Source: a virus. From it: 43,153 nt of DNA. Where the stretch lies: IMG/VR virus record IMGVR_UViG_3300045988_016831; one strand, given 5' to 3'. The notes below the pieces were generated by a model. It saw nothing but the letters and a program-made list of their open reading frames with translations. It ran no database searches and was not told where the DNA came from. The position numbers and the translations under genes are program-made. Shown here piece after piece: positions 17,132-24,020 of this stretch (positions are counted from its first letter, which is position 1; each line of letters begins with the position of its first letter).

Positions 17132-17540
17132 AGTGTTGGAAAAGCAGCTGGAGATTGAAAGTACGGCGGCAAAGAATAAGCTGACCGCGGCGAACCTCGA
17201 CAGCATAGCAAAACTGACCACGGCGATCTGCAATCTGAAATGCATGGAGAATGAAAGCTGGGGCCGGGAGATTGTCGCAGAAGCGACGGAGACGGCAATC
17301 AGTAAGTACTCCAACGGAAAGTATGACCACAATATTGACGCCCTGTATGACGCGTACATCGCGGCAAAAAAGTCATATCAGGAAATCGGAGACCAGGGAC
17401 ACCGGGACAAACTCATGGAATCGGTCGGCCGCCTGATGGTAGAGGTCTACGATATGCTTTCGGCAATGGTCATTGATTCCGACTTTCAGGATGAAAAGGC
17501 CGAAATTATGAAGCGGATCCGGATGCTTGCAGATGGGTAA
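17115..17540 (+). CDS. All-helical hypothetical protein (141 aa)
   Basis: ORF with AGAGGTGG before the ATG. Overlaps the upstream gene by 17 nt. Confidence 0.5.
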   Translation: MSELIRVLEKQLEIESTAAKNKLTAANLDSIAKLTTAICNLKCMENESWGREIVAEATETAISKYSNGKYDHNIDALYDAYIAAKKSYQEIGDQGHRDKLMESVGRLMVEVYDMLSAMVIDSDFQDEKAEIMKRIRMLADG

Positions 17541-17792
17541 AATGTGGTGCCACAACATATATGCCATATGTAGTATGATGGGAGTGTGAAAAGTTATGAC
17601 TTTAAGCCGAAAGGCTTTGCCGATAGTTTCCCTCCTTTCAAGGATATGCGTCCTTAAAAGAAACCAGAAAACAATGTCCACTTACCATTGCTCTGGGAGG
17701 TTGAAAAGCGGATGCAATTTCCGACGCATATCATCGGTTCATCTCGTCGACCGAACACCTCATATCTAATAGGGCGGGCAATACCCGCCCAA

Positions 17793-17865
17793 GCCCCTGT
17801 AGCTCAACTGGTAGAGTAACTCCCCTGTAAGGAGCTGGTTCCGGGTTCGAATCCTGGCGGCGGCT
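17793..17865 (+). tRNA. tRNA-like gene, best read as tRNA-Thr(UGU) with non-canonical C33
   Basis: 73-nt hand-folded cloverleaf. Acceptor gcccctg/cggcggc has 6 of 7 pairs. D arm gctc-aactggta-gagt. Anticodon arm actcc-cctgtaa-ggagc. T arm ccggg-ttcgaat-cctgg. No encoded CCA. Confidence 0.55.
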
Positions 17866-17971
17866 GTTGCAATTCGATAATCTCAGGTGGTGGATTTTGT
17901 CGCAACCACGCGCCCTACGGGCTAAAAGAGATGCAGGGAAGGCGACGCCTGCGGGATTGTTGAATTGCTAT

Positions 17972-18041
17972 CGGAATATATCATCAATGGCAGATGTGGA
18001 GGGTCGCGCCCTCTGTCCTGGTTCGATTCCGGGTGTTCCGA
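17972..18041 (+). ncRNA. Degenerate tRNA-like element (T arm and acceptor intact, aberrant D/anticodon region)
   Basis: Acceptor cggaata/tgttccg, T arm cctgg-ttcgatt-ccggg and a GG-containing D loop. The central region folds as an 8-bp hairpin (gtggaggg/ccctctgt) and the variable region is too short. Confidence 0.35.
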
Positions 18042-18120
18042 TTACCTTGCCAGAGGTTGATCTGGCTCAATCCATTACCGCTGACGGGCGGTTAAAAAGA
18101 AACGTTTAGGAGGATTAAAA

Positions 18121-18768
18121 ATGCAGAACTATGAGCAGATTCTTACGGAGCTTGGTATTGAGATTCCGGAGGACAAAAAAGCAGATCTGAAAAAGAAATT
18201 CGACGAGAACTACCGCACAAAGGCTGATTATGATAAGGCTATCACCAAGAGGGACGAATACAAGACCTCGCTGGATGATGTGCAGAAGCAGCTCGAAGAG
18301 TTCAAGGATGTGGATGTGAATGACCTGAAAACCCAGATCAGCACGCTGACCACACAGCTTGCGGACGAGAAGAAAGCGCATGACGATGACACCCGCAAAG
18401 CGGCACTGGAAAAGACGGTTGACGAGTTTTTCTCTTCTGTGGACGAGAAAGGCGAGAAGGTATACGACTTCCTCAACGATATCACAGCCAACCACTACCG
18501 GGAGGAGCTTGCCAAGGCTCTTGATTCTGATTCCGCAAAAGGAAAATCCATCGCAGATATCTTCAAAGGTATGATTACCGACGCGGACGGAAAGCAGAAA
18601 GCCGGAATTTTCGTGGATAAGCAGCAGGCAGCAGCCCAGCAGAATGCAGCGAAGTTCACTAAACCCGCACAGCAGAGTGGCGCTTCCGGACAGAAGTACA
18701 CTATGTCCCAGCTTATGAAGATGAAGAATGAGAATCCAGATCTGGATATCTCACAGTATATGCAGTAA
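18121..18768 (+). CDS. Scaffolding protein (Phage_GP20-like)
   Basis: Acidic/basic coiled-coil protein immediately upstream of the major capsid gene. N-terminus MQNYEQILTELGIEIPEDKKADLKKKFDENY is typical. Confidence 0.75.
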   Translation: MQNYEQILTELGIEIPEDKKADLKKKFDENYRTKADYDKAITKRDEYKTSLDDVQKQLEEFKDVDVNDLKTQISTLTTQLADEKKAHDDDTRKAALEKTVDEFFSSVDEKGEKVYDFLNDITANHYREELAKALDSDSAKGKSIADIFKGMITDADGKQKAGIFVDKQQAAAQQNAAKFTKPAQQSGASGQKYTMSQLMKMKNENPDLDISQYMQ

Positions 18769-18852
18769 CTGAATAGTAACCGATAGCACATCAGGAGTGC
18801 TACCGCTAACCTACACACCTTTTAACAGTTAATAGGTAGAAAGGATTTTTTT

Positions 18853-20025
18853 ATGGCATTATTTGACCAGAAAAATTTTAACGGCGAGGTTTTTGGGGCC
18901 TATGTTGACCGTGTACCGAACCTCAACAGAAATGAGCTTCTGAAGTCTGGAGCTATTGTCGAGAAGCCCCAGTACGCGACCATGCTGCCGGATCAGACTG
19001 GCGGCAACTATATCACCATCCCGATTAAGGCAAGAATCGGCGGTACCGCTGATAACTATGACGGCTCCACCAACATCAAAGCGGATTCCCGTGAGACTTA
19101 TACACACGGAAGAATCGTTGTGGGCCGTGCTCATGGATGGACAGAGAAGGACTTCTCCTCTGACATCACCGGAGAGGACTTCATGCCCGCAGCGGAGGAA
19201 GTGGCTGAATACTGGGACGACATCGACCAGGCGACACTGCTGTCCGTCCTGAAAGGAATCTTCTCCATGACCGGAACCGAGAATAAAAAGTTCGTGGACG
19301 GCCACACCTACGATGTATCCATGTCTGCAACAGACACCGGATTCAAGGAGACCACTCTGAACAATGCAGTTCAGCAGGCACTTGGCGATAACAAGGGCAA
19401 GTTCAGCCTGGCAATCATGCACTCCAAGATTGCTACTGACCTCGAAAACCTCAAACTGCTGGCGTACATGAAGTATAACGATGGAGAGGGAATCGAGAGA
19501 GACCTGACCTTGGCTACACTGAATGGCCGCGCTGTCCTCATTGATGACAATATGCCGACTACAGCAGTAGCCGCAAAGTATGTCAAGGCAGCACAGACAG
19601 ATCCGGGGTCCTTGAAAGTGGCAACTCCTGGAACTGGAACCGGAGAAGTTCCGAAGTCTTCCGTAACCGGAGATATCGCAGATGCAGCTGATGGCGATTA
19701 TGTCGTACTGCTTCCGGCAGGCACAGCATACACAACCTACGTTCTGGGCGAGGGAGCAATCGAATACACCAACTGCGGTGCAAAGGTTCCCTATGAGATG
19801 GATAGAGATCCGGCAAAGAATGGCGGCGAGGATACCCTGTATTCCAGACAGAGAAAGATCTTCTCTCCCTACGGTATCTCTTTCAAGGCTTCAAGCATCA
19901 TCTCCCCGACAAAGGAGCAGCTTGAGACAGCGGCGAACTGGGAGCTGGCAAACAACAACAGCGGTACTTCCAAGAAGTACTTCCCGGTTAAGGCTATCCC
20001 CATCGCACGTATTATCACCCGGTAA
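18853..20025 (+). CDS. Major capsid protein
   Basis: 390 aa, directly after the scaffold gene and followed by the head-tail connector gene. Confidence 0.75.
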   Translation: MALFDQKNFNGEVFGAYVDRVPNLNRNELLKSGAIVEKPQYATMLPDQTGGNYITIPIKARIGGTADNYDGSTNIKADSRETYTHGRIVVGRAHGWTEKDFSSDITGEDFMPAAEEVAEYWDDIDQATLLSVLKGIFSMTGTENKKFVDGHTYDVSMSATDTGFKETTLNNAVQQALGDNKGKFSLAIMHSKIATDLENLKLLAYMKYNDGEGIERDLTLATLNGRAVLIDDNMPTTAVAAKYVKAAQTDPGSLKVATPGTGTGEVPKSSVTGDIADAADGDYVVLLPAGTAYTTYVLGEGAIEYTNCGAKVPYEMDRDPAKNGGEDTLYSRQRKIFSPYGISFKASSIISPTKEQLETAANWELANNNSGTSKKYFPVKAIPIARIITR

Positions 20026-20039
20026 AGGAGGCTTCCGGC

Positions 20040-20534
20040 ATGGCTTATGCAGATTATGAATTCTACACCGATTCGTTTTACGGCAGCGCTGTGCCGGAAG
20101 ATAACTTTTTACGGCTGGCTGGACGTGCTTCTGACTGGCTGGACACGGCGACTTTTGACCGCCTGGTTGATAGTCTCCCGTCCAGCGAGCGGAGCCAGAA
20201 GAAGATTAAAAAAGCCGTGTGCAGTCTGGTGGAAGTGCTCTATCAGTTCGAACAGGCCAAGAAACAGGCCAGCGCGGCGGCGTCTGGCTCCTCTTCGGTA
20301 GAAGTTGGAACCGGGACGTCCACGGGCATTGTGACTTCGGTATCGTCCGGAAGCGAATCCATATCCTATGCGACGCCACAGCAGGCCGGGGCGTCTGCGA
20401 AAGAGTGGAGCGCAGTATATGCGGCGGCGGGCGACCCGAAGCTGGAAAATAAGCTCATGTTGGACACGGTAAGGCCGTATTTGATGGGAGTAACAACAGA
20501 CGAGGGCGTACCGCTCTTATACGCGGGAGTGTGA
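20040..20534 (+). CDS. Head-tail connector (gp6-like adaptor)
   Basis: MAYADYEFYTDSFYGSAVPEDNFLRLAGRASDWLDTATFDRL is a typical N-terminus for the family. AAAGGAGG before the ATG. Confidence 0.6.
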   Translation: MAYADYEFYTDSFYGSAVPEDNFLRLAGRASDWLDTATFDRLVDSLPSSERSQKKIKKAVCSLVEVLYQFEQAKKQASAAASGSSSVEVGTGTSTGIVTSVSSGSESISYATPQQAGASAKEWSAVYAAAGDPKLENKLMLDTVRPYLMGVTTDEGVPLLYAGV

Positions 20535-20536
20535 TT

Positions 20537-20677
20537 ATGAATCTTCTGAAAAGAGTTTTCTGCGACCATTCCAAGCAGAAGTATATTGGCTCATATCTGG
20601 AGCAAGACGAACGCGGACACAGATGTACGCGGCATATCTGGCAGTGTAAGAACTGCGGGAAAAGAATATGGAGGTAA
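20537..20677 (+). CDS. Small Cys/His-rich protein (46 aa; below the ORF-track cutoff)
   Basis: ATG 20537 lies 2 nt after the upstream stop. Translation MNLLKRVFCDHSKQKYIGSYLEQDERGHRCTRHIWQCKNCGKRIWR. Confidence 0.4.
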   Translation: MNLLKRVFCDHSKQKYIGSYLEQDERGHRCTRHIWQCKNCGKRIWR

Positions 20678-20681
20678 TATC

Positions 20682-21011
20682 ATGGATGCATTATTGACCA
20701 ATATGACTATGGTTCTGGCAGTGATTGGCGCTCTAGCCTTTTGCGTGTCAGTGATTACACAGGTATTCAAGGGCGTTGGCTTCCTGTCGAAGATTCCGAC
20801 AGATGCGCTTGTATTCGTCCTGTCAATCGGTATCACTGTAGCGGCTTTTGTGGCCTATATGCAGTATATCAATATGGTGATTCTGTGGTACATGATTCTG
20901 GCGGCTATTATGGCCGGATTCATCGTGGCGTTTGTGGCCATGTATGGCTGGGAAAAACTGACGGATTTGTGGAAGAGGATGAGCAAGACGGATACTTCCG
21001 GGAAATGGTGA
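20682..21011 (+). CDS. Three-TM membrane protein, holin-like
   Basis: ATG 20682 after GGAGG. The sequence VITQVFKGVGFLSKIPTDALVFVLSIGITVAAFV resembles phiLC3/Hol44-type holins. Confidence 0.4.
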   Translation: MDALLTNMTMVLAVIGALAFCVSVITQVFKGVGFLSKIPTDALVFVLSIGITVAAFVAYMQYINMVILWYMILAAIMAGFIVAFVAMYGWEKLTDLWKRMSKTDTSGKW

Positions 21012-21017
21012 TGGTCT

Positions 21018-21485
21018 ATGTATGACAAGACCATCACTCTATTCAACCGATACGATTCCCAGACCGGAACCGTCTGGTATCCACATATCCTCACAGGCGT
21101 AGACTTGAACACAGACCGCGGAGCGATTCTGAAAAAATATGGCCCAGACAGTACAGACAGTGCCCAGCTCCATGTGCGGTATCATCTTCGTGATGGCACG
21201 AAAATGATTGCCGATAGCGCAGGGAATGAGCTTGAATGGCTCCCGCCGAAAGAATGGGTAAAGCAGACCAATGATGCGCTGGAAAAATCCATCACATTCT
21301 CCCCGGATAGCTTTTTCTGGGAAGGTGTATGGGACGGCGAGACAGTGAATGATGCAGAGTACACAGACAGGCGGTACGATGGCTTCTACGCTTACATGAA
21401 CGCCAAGCATGACAACGTGTTCTTGATCACCAGCTTAGGTGGCCCGTATACAGTCATTCCGCATTTTGAAGTCCTGGGGAAATGA
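21018..21485 (+). CDS. Head-tail joining protein (head-closure-like)
   Basis: Called from position in the connector module. Ends in a ...HFEVLGK motif. Confidence 0.4.
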   Translation: MYDKTITLFNRYDSQTGTVWYPHILTGVDLNTDRGAILKKYGPDSTDSAQLHVRYHLRDGTKMIADSAGNELEWLPPKEWVKQTNDALEKSITFSPDSFFWEGVWDGETVNDAEYTDRRYDGFYAYMNAKHDNVFLITSLGGPYTVIPHFEVLGK

Positions 21486-21486
21486 T

Positions 21487-21984
21487 ATGGCACGAAGCAG
21501 AAAGTTCCACTTCAAAAAGTACAGCATCGTAAAAGGCAATATCAAGGTATCACTGGATATGTCCAGATTTAACACGCAGTACGGCAGAGCGCAGTATCAG
21601 CTCGACGGAAACGTAGGCCAAAGCATGATACCGTTCATGCCTATGAATGCGGGTACTCTTGTCAATATCACCCGCGCCGCCAGTGCGGCAGTGCAAGGCT
21701 CAGGACAGGTATACGCTGCTTTTGGCCCGCAAGGCCGATTCCTCTATGAAGGAAAAGGTATGGTAGGAGTAGAAAGCGGTAGCCCCTGGGCGAAAGAAGG
21801 AGAGAAAAAGGTATTGGTCAGTCAGTATGGCAGAAAGACCAACGCCAAAGAATTCCTGTCTTACAATCATTCAACCCACCCACAGGCACAGGCGGAGTGG
21901 TTTGAACCCGCAAAAGCGAAAGACCTAGACAAGTGGGTTAGAGACGTGAAAGAAACGGCTGGAGGTGGCACATATGGAAAGTAA
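21487..21984 (+). CDS. Head-tail joining protein (Minor_capsid_2 / HK97 gp10-like)
   Basis: QYQLDGNVGQSMIPFMPMNAGTLVN motif. ATG 21487 directly after the upstream stop. Confidence 0.5.
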   Translation: MARSRKFHFKKYSIVKGNIKVSLDMSRFNTQYGRAQYQLDGNVGQSMIPFMPMNAGTLVNITRAASAAVQGSGQVYAAFGPQGRFLYEGKGMVGVESGSPWAKEGEKKVLVSQYGRKTNAKEFLSYNHSTHPQAQAEWFEPAKAKDLDKWVRDVKETAGGGTYGK

Positions 21985-22474
21985 TCCTATCAGGGCGGAC
22001 GTTGGCGGATATGAGATTCTCACAGCGGCAATGCGGGAACTGCTGAACCAGTACCCCGGACTGTACAAGGACGAAACCATCAAATTCGAAGAATTGCAGG
22101 CCGACAGCGGCATTGCATTTTCGGCGGACTCCGGCGCATTGGTATACTCTGAAAAAGAGGACGTGTGCGGCGTGATGCACCAGACCTGTCAGTATCCGTT
22201 CTTTGTGGTCTACCGGACGGCATCAGACAAGGAGCGCCAGAAAATGAGCGTACAGGAGTTCCTTGACAATCTCGGAAAGTGGATATGCCGGGAGCCTGTC
22301 GCCATAGACGGCAAAGAGACGCGCCTGTCTGCGTTCCCGGCCTTGTCCAGCGGGCGGGAGATAAAGCGGATCACCCGCAATAACTCTTACGGCTTGGAAC
22401 CGAAAGAGAGCGGTGTGCAGGACTGGCTCTTGCCTATCACTGTCCAGTACACCAACGAATACGAAAAATGGTAA
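21974..22474 (+). CDS. Tail terminator / Minor_capsid_3-like protein
   Basis: GGAGG 8 nt before ATG 21974. Last gene before the major tail protein. Confidence 0.4.
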   Translation: MESNPIRADVGGYEILTAAMRELLNQYPGLYKDETIKFEELQADSGIAFSADSGALVYSEKEDVCGVMHQTCQYPFFVVYRTASDKERQKMSVQEFLDNLGKWICREPVAIDGKETRLSAFPALSSGREIKRITRNNSYGLEPKESGVQDWLLPITVQYTNEYEKW

Positions 22475-22553
22475 CTGATTACCGACTGCAAAAGAAGAAT
22501 GCAGCCGCTACCCTATGAGCCTTTGAAGAGTTATAGGCAGAAAGGATTTTTTC

Positions 22554-23048
22554 ATGATTGAAAGAAAATATCTTGCTCACTATCTGGATTCTTCTTTCGG
22601 CGCTGTAAGCACGACTTACGTTCGCCTTGGTAAGAACCTGGAAGAGTACAACGAAGAGCTGAACCCGGATGTGGAAGTCACAAAGAATATCCTCGGTGAG
22701 CAGTCCGTGCAGCATTCCGGCTATGAGGTACAGTCCGATGTTGATCCCTTCTACTATGAAGACTACGACGACGCACTGTCAAATAAGATTATGGAGCTGG
22801 CGAACACCCGAGCCACAGGCGATAAGTGCAAGACTACTATGGTTGATGTGCTTCTGAAGCCAGGAACAAACGAGGACGATGCACCTACCGCGGTATGGGC
22901 GTACAGAGAAGATGTGTACGTCATCCCGACCAGTGTAGGCGGCGACACTTCCGGTATTCAGACACCGTTCACCGTGTATAAAGCCGGAAACCGGGTTAAG
23001 GGAACCTGGAATGTGACAGCCAAGACATTCACACCCGCAAGTGAGTAA
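22554..23048 (+). CDS. Major tail protein
   Basis: 164 aa, immediately upstream of the two chaperone ORFs and the tape measure gene. Its leader is almost identical to that of the major capsid gene. Confidence 0.65.
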   Translation: MIERKYLAHYLDSSFGAVSTTYVRLGKNLEEYNEELNPDVEVTKNILGEQSVQHSGYEVQSDVDPFYYEDYDDALSNKIMELANTRATGDKCKTTMVDVLLKPGTNEDDAPTAVWAYREDVYVIPTSVGGDTSGIQTPFTVYKAGNRVKGTWNVTAKTFTPASE

Positions 23049-23059
23049 GGAGGCCACCT

Positions 23060-23461
23060 ATGGCAAGAGAACTGGTTCTCGATACCAGAGAATGGATCGA
23101 GATTAAGGATACCAGAGGTAATGTGACGGGCGGATTCTACTGGAACCCGTCAGACCTCGATGTTGCGAAGCGGTGCGAAAAGGTCGTAGAGGTTTTCGAA
23201 AATCTCCATGTAGACGAGAACGCCGGGGACGATGAACTGTACAAGGTTTCTGACGAAATCAAGAAGCAGTTCGAATATCTACTGAACACCGATGTATCCG
23301 CATTGTTCCAGATCAATCCGCTCTCTCCCAGACCGGACGGAACACTGTATGCAGAGTATCTTCTTGATGTGATTACCACATTCATCGAGACGGAGATGGA
23401 TGTCAGAATCAAGCACACCAGCGCTCGAATCAAGAAGTATACCGGAAAGTACAAAAAATGA
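23060..23461 (+). CDS. Tail assembly chaperone
   Basis: Acidic 133-aa protein between the major tail and tape measure genes. AAGGAGG before the ATG. Confidence 0.55.
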   Translation: MARELVLDTREWIEIKDTRGNVTGGFYWNPSDLDVAKRCEKVVEVFENLHVDENAGDDELYKVSDEIKKQFEYLLNTDVSALFQINPLSPRPDGTLYAEYLLDVITTFIETEMDVRIKHTSARIKKYTGKYKK

Positions 23462-24009
23462 GTGCCTATGACCTGCCTGTAGCTCTGGAGGTTGCAGGCA
23501 AGGAATACGGGATAAGAAGTGATTTCCGGGCGGTCTTGGACATATTGATAGCCATGACTGACCCGGATTTGTCGGATTACGAAAAAGAAGAGGTAATGAT
23601 AGAGATCCTGTATGAGGATGATATACCAGCAAGCGGATATGAGGAAGCCTGTGAAAAGGCCGTGAAGTTCATAGACGCGAATATATCCCCAGACAGTAAG
23701 CCGCGCCATCGGTTGATGGACTGGGAGCAGGACGCGCCGCTCATTATACCCGCGGTCAATAAGATTGCCGGGCAAGAAGTACGGGCGCTCAAATACCTGC
23801 ACTGGTGGACATTTCTCGGATTCTTCATGGAGATTGGTGAGAGCCAGTTTTCACAAATTGTATCTATCCGGCAGAAAAAGGCCAAGCGTGTCAAGCTCGA
23901 AAAATGGGAGAGAGAGTTTGAACGCGAGAATCACTCACTTATCCATCTTAAGGTCAAGGAGACAGAGGATGCAAGGGCAGCACGTGAAAGCATGGAAAAA
24001 TGGCTATAA
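23458..24009 (+). CDS. Gp15-family tail assembly protein
   Basis: MSAYDLPVALEVAGKEYGIRSDFRAVLDILIAM matches the Phage_Gp15 signature. Confidence 0.6.
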   Translation: MSAYDLPVALEVAGKEYGIRSDFRAVLDILIAMTDPDLSDYEKEEVMIEILYEDDIPASGYEEACEKAVKFIDANISPDSKPRHRLMDWEQDAPLIIPAVNKIAGQEVRALKYLHWWTFLGFFMEIGESQFSQIVSIRQKKAKRVKLEKWEREFERENHSLIHLKVKETEDARAARESMEKWL

Positions 24010-24020
24010 GGCGGTGAGCG

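Noticed and set aside
17793-17865. The idea that the odd phage tRNA is a suppressor decoding the in-frame TAA in the fibre gene
   Set aside because: The anticodon loop reads CCUGUAA (UGU) and the second element has CGC at best. Neither offers a UUA anticodon.
17867-18109. 80-aa + strand ORF in the gap before the scaffold gene
   Set aside because: It reads straight through the tRNA-like element (its T arm encodes PGSIPGVP), has a TTG start and no SD. It is more likely non-coding.
23451-23461. A6 run at the junction of the two tail chaperone ORFs as a -1 frameshift site (G/GT-like)
   Set aside because: The downstream ORF is in the -1 frame, but the heptamer C-AAA-AAA is not a canonical X-XXY-YYZ slippery site. 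The downstream Gp15-family ORF also has its own ATG overlapping the stop (ATGA), so coupling is the simpler explanation.
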